A DNA stretch of 64,000 nt from Octopus vulgaris (taxonomy: Eukaryota). A model generated the notes under the pieces. It searched no databases, was not told the DNA's origin, and saw only the letters and a program-made list of their open reading frames with translations. Each line of letters opens with the position of its first letter. The first letter of the stretch is position 1. Position numbers and translations under genes: made by a program. Positions 35,645 to 49,051 of this stretch are shown here, one piece after another. The stretch lies in assembly GCA_951406725.2 (NCBI GenBank), contig OX597821.1, positions 114,514,001 through 114,578,000 on the forward strand, in the 5' to 3' direction.

Positions 35645-36771
35645 CACACACTGTGGCACTCAGTTGGTTATGACGACAAAGGTTCTAGTTCATCCAATCA
35701 ACATAACAGCCTTCTCGTGAAATTAATGTGCAAGTGGCTGAGCACTCCACAGATACATGTACCTTAACGTAGTTTTCAGGGAGGTTCAGCATGACACAGG
35801 GTGTGACAAGGCTGGCCCCTTTGAAATACTGGTACAACAGAAACAAGAAGAAAGAGTGAGAGAAAGTTGTGGTGAAAGAGTAAAGCAGGGTTCACCACCA
35901 CCTCCTACCGGAGCTCCGTGGAGCTTTAAGTGTTTTCACTCAATAAACACTCACAACACCCAGTGTGGGAATCGAAACTGCGATCTTATGACCATGAGTC
36001 AGCTGCCCTAATCACTGGGCCATTGTGCCTCCACACACACACACACATATATATATATATAAATAAGAAGGAGAGAAACAAATTTCAAAGGTCAGTGTAC
36101 ATATTCATTCAATCCATTTCAAATTATCAAAATTCTTCACAGCATACAAAGATGCATTCACATATATGAGATATGATTCATGAGGAATCCTAAATAGGCA
36201 CAAAATCTTACAGCCGTTTCGAGAAGATTTAAGGTTGATAGATAAACTGCATATATGATGCGTATTGTAGTTGACCTGAGCACTGTACACAATAAGCTCC
36301 TTATTAACATAATGCAAAAAACATCCTGCAGACTGCAATAGTCAATAAAATAGGATTGAAATTTTAAAATCTCTTCTTTCTACGCAACCTTGTGTCAGAG
36401 AGTGCAGTGGTTTGGGTACCCTTAATATAGAGGTTTCTGCAGTTACTTAGCATCATTTTTTCAAGGAAGAAATCAGATTCAATCCCAGAAAGTGTCTGTA
36501 AGAAATGTTGACCAATAATGATAAAATGAGTGGTTACAGATTTAAGGGGCCAGAAGCTAGATAATCAAAGTAAAGTTTTTCCTCAACATGTATTTTGAAG
36601 GAGTCTGCCAGAAACAGCAGCTAAATTTCTTTCAAATCACTCAAAGTCTTAAGAAAAAAAAAGGATACATTGAACAATAATCGTAGATGTTAGAAAAAGA
36701 CAGGTTGGTCACAGTTGGAACACCTCTGATCAGAAGTCAGCTTAAACAGAGACAGTGTGGAGCCAAACAAT

Positions 36772-38077
36772 TATCATCATCATTGTTTAACGTCTGCTTT
36801 CCATGCTAGCATGGGTTGGAAGATTTGACTCAGGTCTGGCGAACCAAATGGCTGCACCAGACTCCAATCTGATCTGGCAGAATTTCTACAACTGGATGCC
36901 CTTCCTAACACCAACCACTCCGAGAGTGTAGTGAGTGCTTTTACGTGCCACTGGAACAAGGGCCAGTCAGGCAGTACCGGCAACGGTCACGCTCAAATGG
37001 TGTTTTTTATGTGCCACTTGCACAGGAGCCAGTCCAGTGGCACTGGCACCGACCTTGCTCGAATGTTTTTTCGCATGAGAGTAAAGCATCGCTGGTAACG
37101 ATTATGCTCAAATGGTGCTTTTTACATGCCACTGACACAGAAGCCAGTTAACTGCTCTGGCAACGATCACACTCAGATGGTGCTCTTATCTCTCCACTAG
37201 CACGGATGCCAGTCATCGAATTTGATTTCGATTTCAATTTCACTTGCCTCAACAGGTCTTTGCAAGCAGAGTTTAGTGTCCAATGAAGGAAAGGTACGCA
37301 TAAGTGGGCTGGTTACACCCCTGGCATAGGCCACGAGGTTATGGTCTCACTTGGCTTGTGGGGTCTTCTCAAGCACTGTATATTTCCAAAGGCTTTTGGT
37401 CACTAGTCATTGCCTCAGTAAGGCCTAATGTTCGAAGGTCATGCTTCAACACCTCATTCCAGGTCTTCCGGGGTCTACCTCTTCCACAGGTTGCCTCAAC
37501 CGCTAGGGTGTGGCACTTTTTCACACAGCTATCCTCATCCATTCTCTCTACATGATCATACCAGTGCAGTCGTCTCTCTTGCAAACCACATCTCATGCTT
37601 CTTTGGTCCAACTTTTTCTCTCAAGTTACTAACACTCTGTCAAGTATGCACATTGATATTACACATTCATCGGATCATACTGGCTTCATTCCTTGCGAGC
37701 TTATGCATGTCCTCAGCAGTCACGGCCCATGTTTCACTACCATGTAGCATGGCAGTTCATACACATACGTCATACAGTCTACCTTTTACTCTGAGTAAGA
37801 GGCCCTTTGTCACCAGCAAAGGTAGGAGCTCTCTGAACTTTTCCCAGGTTATTCTTATTCTAGCAGCTACACTTTCACTGCACCCTCCCCCGTTACTGAC
37901 TTGGTCACCTAGGTAACGGAAGCTGTGAACTACTTCTAGTTTTTCTCCATGGAATGTGATGGAAGTTGTTCTCTGCACATTTTCAGTGTTTATTGCTGCT
38001 GAGCATCTGCCACATACAAAACCTATCTTCCCAGTTAGCCTTCCTTTCACATTGCTGCACCTCTCATGTGTCCATGA
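36772..38077 (-). mobile_element. 5'-truncated RTE-clade LINE (RT C-terminus, 3' UTR tandem array, (GAT)n tail)
   Basis: Peptides KLEVVHSFRYLGDQVS.GGGC..VAARI...W.KFREL and RRLHWYDHVERMDED...GRGRPRKTW are RTE-type. The 3' UTR matches the many short copies in the window. Confidence 0.88.
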
Positions 38078-38204
38078 CAGTAACAATTTTGATCAAATAG
38101 ATCATTGATATAAATCAATAATCTATTTGATAAAGATTGTTATCACCACTGATCATCTGCAGACTGTCTCTGTTTAAGCTGACTTCCGATAGGTACAAGT
38201 ATGA

Positions 38205-38710
38205 TTCTTTTCTACTCTAGGCACAAGGCCCAAAAGTTTTGGGGAGAGGGCCAGTCGATTAGATTGACCCCAGTATGCAACTGGTACTTAATTTATTGAC
38301 CCTGAAAGGACGAAAGGCAAAGTCGACCTCAGCGGAATTTGAACTCAGAACATAAAGACAAACGAAATATCCGTTTCTACTCTAGGCACAAGGCCCGAAA
38401 TTTTGAAGGAAGGAGCCAGTTGATTAGATTGACCCCAGTATGCATCTGGTACTTAATTTATTGACCCCGAAAGAATTTGAACTCAGAATGTAAAGACAAA
38501 CGAAATATCAGTTTCTACTCTAGGCACAAGGCCCGAAATTTTGGGGGAAGGGGCCAGTCAATTAGATCGACCCCAGTATGCAACTGGTACTTAATTTATT
38601 GACCCCAAAAGGATGAAAGGCAGTTGACCTCGGCAGAATTTGAACTCAGAATGTAAAGACATGAAATATTGCTAAGCATTTCACCCGGCGTGTTAACGTT
38701 TCTGCCAGCA
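38205..38710 (-). mobile_element. Family B SINE with triplicated 3' half
   Basis: Three tandem units beginning tttctactctaggcacaaggccc at ~38209, ~38374 and ~38512. Confidence 0.8.
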
Positions 38711-39349
38711 GCTGGAGGTATGATTGTGAGGTTCATTAAGCTTTCCAACCACGTGGTTTTGGGTTCAACCCCAGGGTGTGATACCTTAGGTAAGTATCTT
38801 CTACAATAGCCCCATGACGAATGATGTAAGGGAATGAACGGCAGCAGAATGGCGATAATATTACTGTAGGCAGAGGTTAAAGCAAATTTGTATTTTCAGT
38901 GAAATATTTATTTGAGAGTTACATTTTCTATCAGTGGTTGATGGTGGTGTATCGTGAAGATAACGGCTCTAACAGAAAGAACAAAGAAAATTACAACTTC
39001 TGAATAATCAACAAGTGTTAAGGAAAGAAAGAAAGGTGAGGGGTTTTAAAGGGATTACTACAATAGATGTAGGAATGAAAGTGAACTTAACAGCAAGGAC
39101 AAAGGGGCAAAACAAGATTAGGTAGGAGAAAAAAACAAAAAGCAAGACAAAGTACTGGGTTTCATCGCCTGAAGGTAGACATAGTTTTAAGATGTTTAGA
39201 GATGCACAAAATAAGATTAATGAACAGAGAGCAGCTGTCGTTTGACAATGAACTGATGTTAATTAGAATAACAAGAAAAACAAGCCAGAGATATAGAAAA
39301 TTATTTTTTAATACAGGATACAACAAAACCCTCCCGTATTTTCCATAGT

Positions 39350-39813
39350 CGTCAAAATCAAACTCGGCGACTGGCAACCGTTGCTAGTGGAGTGCTAAGA
39401 GTACCATACGAGTGAGATCATTGCCAGAGCAACAAGCTGGCCTTCATGCCGATGGCCCGTTAAACACACCATTCGAGCGTGATTGTTACCGTGTCGCCTT
39501 ACTCGCATTTGTGCTGGTGGCACGTGAAACATTCGAGCGAGGTTGTCGCCAGTGTCGCTGGGCTGGCTCCTGTGCAAGTGGCACATAAAAAGTACCGTTT
39601 GGGTGTGGCTGTTACCAGTTCCACCAAACTGGCCCTTGTGCCGGTGGCATGTAAAAGCATCCACTACACTTTTGGATTGGTTGGTGTTAGGAAGGGCATC
39701 CAGCTGTAGAAACTCTGCCAGATCAGATTGGAGTCTGGTTCGCCAGACCTCAGTCATTTGTCCAACCCATGCTAGCATGGAAAGCGGATGTTAAATAATG
39801 ATGATGATGATGA
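39350..39813 (+). mobile_element. RTE 3'-end copy
   Basis: Same family signature with about five internal units. Confidence 0.8.
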
Positions 39814-40361
39814 TTGGTGTAACACTGGAAAAGTTACAGAAGTGGTAATGGTGTCTTCATATAGTGAATAGTTTACCTTTTTAAAGATTGTAAAGTTTGA
39901 TTTGAGGGAGACAGTCTGCTATTTCTAGCTTATCAATTAACCATGTAAAGGCTCCCTCAGTTATTAATTGAAGAGGGCTGGGAGTCTAGATATGTTGAAA
40001 AAGGTTGGAATATGGTAAACTGTCGCCAAAACAATGGGTGTGGTACCTGATCATTAACTAGAACGACTGAGCTAAATGCAGCAATGTGTCTGACACCAAA
40101 AACTTGATATCTAATAAGCATGAGTCAGAGACAAGGACCCTAATCTTTTAACAACACACAAATAGCAACAAATTATTACATTATACTTTAAATAAAGGTT
40201 CACCTTCACAGACAAAAGAAAATAGGATTAATTTGGAGACACAAGTACCCCCACCACACACATACCTGCTTAAAAAATGTAACAGGTATAACAGAGTAAT
40301 CATCTAGATGAAAATTTGGGGCCATTGACAACATCAACCCTTTTACTGCAGAAATCCGATA

Positions 40362-40740
40362 TAGGCACAGGAGTGGTTGTGTGGTAAGAAGCTTGCTTAT
40401 CAACCACATGTGTCCAGGTTCAGTCCCACTGCATGGTACCTTAGGTGAGTGTCTTCTACTATAGCCTCGGGTCGACCAAAGCTTTGTGAGTGGATTTGGT
40501 AGATGGAAACTGAAAGAATCCCATCATGTGGGTGTGTGTGTTTGTCTCACTGCCATCACTTGACAACTGATGCTGGTCTGTTGACGCCCCCATAACTTAG
40601 TGATTTGGCAAAAGAGGCCAATAGAATAAGTACTAGGCTTACAAAGAATAAGTCTTGGGGTCAATTTGCTCGACTAAAGGTAGTGCTCCAGCATGGCTGC
40701 AGTTAAATGACTGAAACAAGTAAAAGAGTAAAAGAATAAA
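40362..40740 (+). mobile_element. tRNA-derived SINE, family A, full length
   Basis: Complete head, (GT)n core and gactgaaacaagtaaaagag tail. Confidence 0.8.
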
Positions 40741-41149
40741 GGAATATCCACTCAAAATTTCGTTCCCCTTAACCATGGAAAGCACTTTTCTCCATCTTTT
40801 GCTGAGGAATGTCAAGTTTGAGGCAACATGACTTGTAGAAAATACCTATTCTATTTTGTTGGTGGATATTTAAAGATCATCACTGGAAGAACCATGAAAT
40901 TTCATTTCACAGTTAAAGAGTAAATTTAAAATTTATTAAACGGTATTTCTAGATAATGTGAAATGTAAGGTAGACTTGTTTTATTTAATGTACAATTTAG
41001 CCAGGCTGCAAGGAGAGGTTATGCAACAGAAATTATTTTGTTGGTAGAAAAAAGTGAAATTGCTTTGATTAGTTTCTAGTTTTCTTTGATGATCATCAAT
41101 GAAAGAATATTAATCCTCTGTCCACAGAGAGACGTTAGCTTACAGCTCA

Positions 41150-41505
41150 AAAATCAAAATCAAATTCGATGACTGGCCTCCGTGCTGGTGGCACGTAAAA
41201 GACACCATTCGAGCGTGATCGTTACCAGCATCACCTTACTGGCACCTGTGCTGGTGGCATGTGTAAAAGATTCGAGCGAGGTCGTTGCCAGTGCCGCCTG
41301 ACTGGTCCCGTGCCGGTGACATGTAAAAGCACCCACTACACTCTCGGAGTGGTTGGCGTTAGGAAGGGCATCCAGCCACAGAAACTCTGCCAAATCAAGA
41401 TTGAAGCCTGGTGCAGCCATCTGGTTCACCAGCCCTCAGTCATTCGTCCAACCCATGCTAGCATGGAAAGTGGATGTTAAACGATGATGATGATGATGAT
41501 GATGA
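41150..41505 (+). mobile_element. RTE 3'-end copy
   Basis: Same family signature. Confidence 0.8.
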
Positions 41506-42659
41506 CAAGAACTCAACTTGATTGGTCAGTCTGACTCATAGAACAATATCTATGAATTGACAACATGGATATTAATTAAATCATTCACAGAACATTAGAA
41601 TTGATTTCTGGATTGTTTGAAATGTAAAAATACTAGGTTTTAAACAAGCAGACATCATCATCACAATCATCACTTAATGTCCACTTGCCATGCTTGCATG
41701 GGTCAGATAGAATTTGTTGTGGCTAATTTCCAAAGGCCAAAAACCCTTCCTGTTGCTGACCTTCATCTGTTTCCAAGTAAGGTTATATTTGTCCAAAGTT
41801 AGACACGTTTCCCATGGAAGACTAAAAACAAACACACTCACTTGTGTGATATCTAGACAAAGAAACAAATGAACACACACACATACATGAGAGGCGTCTT
41901 TCGGTCTCTGCTTACCAAATCCACTCACAAGGATTCAATTGACTCAGGGCCATAGCAGAAGACATTTGCTCAAGGTGCTGCACAGTGGGACTGAAACCCC
42001 AAACTATGTAGTTGGGAAGCAAGGTTCTTAACCACACAGCCACACCCTCATCTATTTATAATTTTTTTTTCTCTCATCTCTTTAAAATTGGAAAAGTGCC
42101 ATTACCTTTGATCTAATCTTATGATTTATATTTATCCTCAGCTGACCAGGTAATATAGCCATCTATTTGTAACAATAATAAAAGGTAAGATATGAGAAAT
42201 ACAGGTGGAAATACATCCTATTTTTACTTAAATGAAATCATAAAAGACCCAAAGATGGATAATAAATGTAGAGAACCAGACTAAATATCTGGCAGTATTT
42301 TGGTTATGTCTCTTTACATCCTGAGATCAAACCCTACCAATGTAAAATCTTCCAAGATCAATAAAAAGATTGCAAATGAAATCTACAGATTTTAAAGCCT
42401 AATCTTTTCTGGTTAAATTTCTCCTATCACCTCAAACATCATCATCATCACCATTATTTAAACATTTCATATTCAATTTATTCTATCAAATGTAATGCTT
42501 ATCTTTAAAAATGGCATTGTCGGATAAGTGTGAGAAGCCAGATCTAGACAGAACATAAAACAGGTAGAATATCTGGGTCAGATATGGCCAATATATATGC
42601 TAAAGGATTAATGTCCATGTTCCATGCCAGCATAGGTTGGAGACACACACACACACCCT

Positions 42660-42960
42660 CTTGGTTAGGCTTGGCAATCAAAGATTTGCACATGGAGATG
42701 TCCACATGTGTTGCAGCAAGTTTGCTGATGCCTGACGATTCCAGTTTGAGACAAACAGACATGACCACAGAGGCTACACATGAAGGTAGACTGACCGGGG
42801 TTGGTTGTAGTGTCCTTGTTTTCATCCTTTAATACCTGTATACAAAAGATGGTCTTGAGGCTGTTTCAAAGGAGGCTGTTGCCTGGTGATCAATGACATA
42901 AACTCCAAGGGATTTAGGGGTATATACACTCCATATTTCCCATAATTCAACAATTGCTCT
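42660..42960 (-). mobile_element. Degenerate RTE/BovB-type LINE C-terminal fragment
   Basis: Minus strand reads CSLCGHVCLSQTGIVRHQQTC, resembling the terminal Cys/His motif of these LINEs. Confidence 0.5.
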
Positions 42961-43301
42961 TTATATGCCTCTACTCTTTTCTGAAAAGTTGCAGTACACC
43001 TGAACTATGCATACAATAAGGTCATTATTGTTATCATTATTATTATCATTATTATTATTATTATTATTATTATTAAGGTGGTGATCTAGCAGAATCATTA
43101 ACACACTGGATAAAATGCTTAGCAGTATTTCGCTTGTTGCAACATTCCGAGTTCAAATTCCACCAAGGTTGACTTTGCCTTTCATCCTTTTGGTGTCAAT
43201 AAATTAAGTACCAGTGAAACACTGGGGTCGATTTAATTGACTTAATTCCTTTCCCCAAATTTCAGGCCTTGTGCCTATAGTAGAAAGGATTATTATTATT
43301 A

Positions 43302-43706
43302 AGCCAGTACCGCAACGACTGGCCTCCGTGCTGAGGGCACGTAACAAACACCATCCGAGCGTGGCCGTCCGCCAGCCTCGTCTGGCACCTGTGTCGGTGA
43401 CACATAAGAAAACACCATCCGAGCGTGGCCGTCAGCCAGCCTCGTCTGGCACCTGTGTCGGTGGCACATAAAAAACACCATCCGAGCGTGGCCGTCTGCC
43501 AGCCTCGTCTGGCACCTGTGTCGGTGGCACATAAAATCACCCACTACACTCTCGGAGTGGTTGGCGTTAGGAAGGGCATCCAGCTGTAGAAACACTGCCA
43601 GATCTGACTGGCCTGGTGCAGCCTTCGGGCTTGCCAGACCCCAGTTGAACCGTCCAACCCATGCTAGCATGGAAAGCGGACGTTAAACGATGATGATGAT
43701 GATGAT
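43302..43706 (+). mobile_element. RTE 3'-end copy with a homogenised ~60-bp tandem array
   Basis: Three near-identical units caccatccgagcgtggccgtc.gccagcctcgtctggcacctgtgtcggtgrcac. Confidence 0.82.
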
Positions 43707-44046
43707 TATTATTATGATAAAGCAGCAAGCAGGCAGAATTGCTAGCACACCGAGCAAAATGTTGAGCAGTATTTCACCCATTGTTAGATCCTGAGTTAAA
43801 ATTCCACTGAAGTCAACTTTGCCTTTCATCCTTTCAGGGTTGATGTGATCGGCTTATCCCCTCCCCAAAAATGACTGCCCTTGTGGCAAAATTTGAAACC
43901 ATTATTATTCATCATTATTACTAGTAGTAGTAGTAAGACAACAAGCTGAGTGAATAGTTGGCACATTGGACAAAATGCTTACTGGTATTTTCAGTTCAAA
44001 CCCCACCTTATCTTTCAACTTATCAACTTATCTTTCATTCCTTTAA

Positions 44047-44267
44047 CCCTTTAGTGTTTAAACCGGCCACATCCAGCCCAATATATTCTACACATTTTAT
44101 ATTTGAACAAGCCATATCTAGCCGCTCACACCTAACCTACATTGACATTCTAAAAATAAATATTCACATCATTGAAACCTCAAAGCTATAAGATAATGCA
44201 TGATTAATTCAAAACAATTTGAATGAAAATGCATTACATTTAACAGAGTAATCTGAACATTAAAGGG
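44047..44267. mobile_element. Second piggyBac-type MITE family
   Basis: TTAA|CCCTTTAGTGTTTA ... TGAACATTAAAGGG|TTAA. Confidence 0.7.
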
Positions 44268-45244
44268 TTAAGTTGATAAAATAAGTAACAGTCAATTATA
44301 TCAACCTCATACTCCTAAAATTACTGGCCTTGAGGCAAAATGTGAAACATTTGGAACACTATAGATAGAGAGATATTCATCCATCTTCTCCACCCCCACC
44401 ACTATTCCTGAGAGGGTTATGGGGTTAGAATCCCCAATTGGGTCCTATCAGGCGCAACTATCATTGTACTTTCAGTGCTGGATTTCCAAGTGTGACCAAC
44501 TGACCCCACGGATATTATGCAACTGAATCATTCTTGGTCTACCCCTAGGTCTCCTGTCAATTGACTTGGCTTGAAGAATCTATCTTGCAACTCTTTGCTG
44601 TGACATTCAAATCACATCTCCTTAGAACCAGAGCTGTGACCTCTCAGTATGGAGAGGCAGTGGTGTGACATTAGTGGAGAGCCACTAATCTTTGTACCAT
44701 GCACCCTATCAGGTAATGTTACTCCACATATCTTTCACAGGAATCCCGTTCCAGCTGCTTGTATTCACAGTCGTACCCTTTCAGTCATTATCCAAAATTC
44801 ATGAGGATAGGCACAAGAACCAAATATTACTATCCATTGGGTGACAGATCAACATTTCCTCTTTTACACAGTTGCCCGACACAAAACGAGCTTATACTAG
44901 TGTCTTTACTCGATTATAATATCTAAGCTTTATACAAATGGTTCTTAATCCAAGTCTTGTAACGAAAAAAATTATGAAATAAAAGCAAATGTTAAAGCTA
45001 CAATTCAGAATTAGTAAGGGTTTTGAGGGATATGAAGTGGGGTCAATAAGTGCAGTAAATAGTAAGCGGCGCTATGATAGTAGAATAAGAGAACTAAAGG
45101 TCTAAGGCGATACTTCTGCATTTTTTCATAAACTTCTCATTATTTGCCTATGCTCTCGTTAAGGGAATAGCAAATATAATTGAAAACATTCCTGCTTTTT
45201 CTCAAGGGTTCATGCCCCCCAGGTTAAGAACCACTGATCTATAC

Positions 45245-45720
45245 AGAGACACACAGACTTTCCATGGATCCAAAGGCCATATAAGCCCTTGCTTCAGATT
45301 GAACTGGAGGGTGAACAAAAGTGTGGAGTGGAGTGAAAACCTTTGAGGGGGCCAGGACGACACATGCAAGACTCAAGAGAGATTTAAAGAATGTTGTGAC
45401 CAAGAATGTGATTCTCAGTGACCCTTCTGTGTACACAGTTTGTGACAGACCATGCCTTTCTTTTGCTGGGCTCAAATCTCATTTATGGACCCATGAAAAA
45501 CAAACTTCTCCCAACTATTCTGCCTATGTGTCTGTGCACACCTTTTCAATGTCGTGTGTGCCATAAGGTCTACAAATCTAATGGAGGCCTGGAAAGATCC
45601 ACAAAGATCAGAACTTAACTGCAGCTCTTTGTGGTCCAAATCAGATATGCAATCTATCTGGGTGTCTTTTCAATACATTGGTTTAAAAAACCCCACATCA
45701 GACAGCATGATAGATCTAAG
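45245..45720 (+). mobile_element. Degenerate RTE/BovB-type LINE C-terminal fragment with C2H2-like fingers
   Basis: VCDRPCLSFAGLKSHLWTH and FQCRVCHKVYKSNGGL in broken frames. Confidence 0.55.
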
Positions 45721-45891
45721 ATGTAGGTACGAAGGTGGTCAGACTCTGCTTAACAATTAGACCACCACCGTCTATGTACGTGTGTGTGTGTGTGTAAGTT
45801 CAACAAAATTTAGATTCAGATGAATATGGTACTTAAGTTAAAGGCACAAGAATTTAGTATGATATGATCCATATAAATCAAATGGGGTGAT

Positions 45892-46158
45892 TATAATCAA
45901 AATAAGCAACAAGGATATCCAAGGTAGTGTAGTACAATTGTTTCATACTACTTCATTTTATTAAAAACTGTAAGTATTACATCAGTTTTAAAATGTCGAG
46001 CAATCTTCAGCCACATATAGAATTATTTAATTAAAACGGACAATGCACATTCTTATACTCAACATTTTAAAACTGATGTAATACAGTGTTTAATAAAATG
46101 AAGTAGCATGAAACAATTGTACTACACTACCTTGGATATCCTTGTTGCTTATTTTGAT

Positions 46159-46162
<4 letters not shown>
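45892..46162. repeat. Inverted repeat (~105-bp arms)
   Basis: tataatcaaaataagcaacaaggatatccaaggtagtgtagtacaattg... is mirrored at 46058-46162; contains GAAACAATTGTA. Confidence 0.85.
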
Positions 46163-46190
<28 letters not shown>

Positions 46191-47554
46191 TACACATAAG
46201 TACGTATGTACCTGTATTTTTGTATATATGGGTGGATGTCTGAGTTTAAGTATATACAAGTGCAGATGCAATGGGGAGGTGCAAGCAGGCAGCAATTATC
46301 AATTATGTGGAATGTGTGTGTGTGTGTATGCATACACAAACTTATATTTATGTATGAATATGTTTTAAAAGGTACAGCATGTATGTGTATACTTAGATAT
46401 TACAGCACGTGTATTTGTGAATGCACATGCGTCTGCATATGCTGACGAAACTGTTCAAATTAAGGGTATTGACCTTTAATAAATCAACCAATAAACTTGC
46501 AGAAAGGGAGAGAAACTTCCACCGATTCCACCACCGCCACACCACCCACTCTTTCCTTTCATACGATCTCTTAATTGAGGCTTCAGAAATGGCTGACCTT
46601 TTGTCAAAGTGTCAAAGTAAGACAGAAATCAACAGGGAAGTCTCCTCACTTGTGTAGTTCAAGGCTGATAGGGGTAGACAGACAGACAGACAGACACAGA
46701 GAGAGGGGAGAGAGAGTGGGTTGATAGAGACATAGACACATAACAGAGGATGGGCGGAAAGAGGGAGAAGAAGGGAGGTGAAAGAGGAGAGGGGAAAGGT
46801 ACAGCAAAAGAAATAATGAAAGTGTAAGTGAAAAAGAGGAGAGAAAAAGGATTTTTTGTGTGTATATTATGAAAAAGGATAGGGAATACTTTAAGACTCA
46901 AAAACGAAGAGAACAGCTAAATAGAGAACTAAACAATTGGTTAGATAAGCAAATGGATACACGTGTTAAGAATTCTGTTTGATACAAGGATAATTTTTTA
47001 AAAATAGAATGCTAGCTACAAAAATGTTTCCAGTGAATAAAAGAACAATGTTAGTTAATTATTAATATTGTTTTGAGTGCTTCAACAAGGAAGATAACAC
47101 CAGGCATGTTTTCCTCATATATGACCTCATCAACAAAATAGACACACCATATTTGGTCAAGTCATGGTGGGAAAATCATTACGTGTAGTCAAAAAGAAAA
47201 CCCTAACTGTTTAGAGAATTACTCATACATGACATCTGCATAGAAATAAAAAGAAACAATAGCTAAGTGCTTACATGTTTAATGAAGGGAGCATCAAACT
47301 GCTAAATGAGCAAAAACAATGCAGACTGAAAAGAGATAAGCTAGCAGATAATCCCACTGTGTGTGTGTATTCTTATTTGTTAGCAAATAAGAAGTGGAGG
47401 TATCATGTGGCAGTCCTATAGAGAACAATGTTACTGTTGTTTTAACCCCAGGATAACATCTTCTCCAGCTGGCCATCGACACACAGTTTGTGTTGACCAT
47501 TTGCAAAGGAGGTCATCACTCCCATCTCTAGCCATATATGTGGAAAATGGCTTT

Positions 47555-47877
47555 AAAATACCTGTGCCAGTGGCACATAAAAAGCATCATCCGAACGTAG
47601 CTGATGCCAGTGCCACCTTGACCGGCTTCTGTGCCGGTGGCAAATAAAAAGCACCAACCGATTGTGGCCACTGCTAGCCTCGTCTGGCACCTGTGCCAGT
47701 GGCACGTAAAAAGCACCCACTACACTCATGGAGTGGTTGGCGTTAGGAAGGGCATCCAGCTGTAGAAACACTGCCAGATCAGACTGGAGCCTGGTGCAGC
47801 CTCTTGGCTTCCCAGACCCCAGTCAAACCGTCCAACCCATGCTAGCATGGAAAACGGACGTTAAACGATGATGATGT
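47555..47877 (+). mobile_element. RTE 3'-end copy
   Basis: Same family signature. Confidence 0.8.
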
Positions 47878-48164
47878 AAGGAATGAGTAGAAAGGAACTT
47901 GATATAGTGTTCTCAGCACGAACAATTTGTACACAAAATATGCAGTGTGATATCTTAGCAGAATCCAAGATTTAACCGCATTAAATATTCAGGAATAGTT
48001 CACAAGAAGAGAATTATAAAAGTCTCTGGTCTATTCAAATGACTCCCTACATTTAATTGGTAGTTTTTGTTTCCAAATTAGTGCTGGAGATTTAATTAGT
48101 GCAATCAAAGAACTGGCAGATGTTCAGAGACCTGATACTTCTGTTAGATAAATGGAAATATATA

Positions 48165-49020
48165 TCATCATCATCATCATCGTTTAACGTCCGCTTTCCA
48201 TGCTAGCATGGGTTGGACGATTTTGACTGAGAACTGGCGAACCAGATGGCTGCACTAGGCTCCAATCTTGATTTGGCAGTTTCTACAGCTGGATGCCACT
48301 CCTAATGCCAACCACTCCGAGAGTGTAGTGGGTGCTTTTTACATGCCACTGGCACGGGTGCCAGTCAGGCGGTACTGACAACGACCTCGCTCGAATCTTT
48401 TTACACATGCCACCAGCACAGATAAGGCGATGTTGATAACAATCATGCTCAAATGGTGCCCTTTTACGTGCCACCAGCATGGAAGCCACTTGGCTACTCG
48501 GGCAATGATCACGCTCGGATGGTGCTCTTGGCACCCTACTAGCACGGGCACAAGTGCCAGTAAGGCAACGCTGGTAACGATCACACTTGAATGGTGCCCT
48601 TTTATGTGCCACTGGCACGAAAGCTGGTTAGCTGCTCTGTCAACGATCATGCTCGTATGGTGCTCTTTCACCCCACTAGTACGGATGCCTGTCATCAAAT
48701 GTGATTTTGATTTCACTTGCCTCAACAGGTCTTCGCAAGCAGAGTTTAGTGTCCAAGGAAGGAAAAGGTACGCATAAGCGGGCTGGTTACGCTCCTGGTA
48801 AGGGCCACAGGTTATGGTCTCATTTGGCTTGCCGGGTCTTCGCAAGCACAGCATATTTCCAAAAGTCTCGCTTGCTAATCATTTCCTCAGTGAGGTCTAA
48901 TGTTCAAAGGTTGTGCTTCACCACTTCATCCCAGGTCTTCCTGGGTCTACCTCTTCCACAGGTTCCCTCAACCGCTAGGGTGTGGCACTTTTTCACACAG
49001 CCATCCTCCTCCATTCTCAC
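48165..49020 (-). mobile_element. RTE LINE 3' fragment with tandem array
   Basis: Homologous to 36772-37550, with a (CAT)n tail at the left end. Confidence 0.85.
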
Positions 49021-49051
49021 CACAATATATATATGTATGTATGTATGTATA

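Noticed and set aside
45321-45618. C2H2 zinc-finger gene
   Set aside because: Frameshifted, degenerate fingers with no splice context; consistent with the C-terminus of an RTE/BovB-type LINE.
47275-47325. 51-nt candidate exon on the minus strand (ttttcAG ... GTAAG)
   Set aside because: The only open frame ends in phase 2 and has no XK similarity, so it cannot be the missing phase-1 coding exon. It might be a UTR exon but there is no support.
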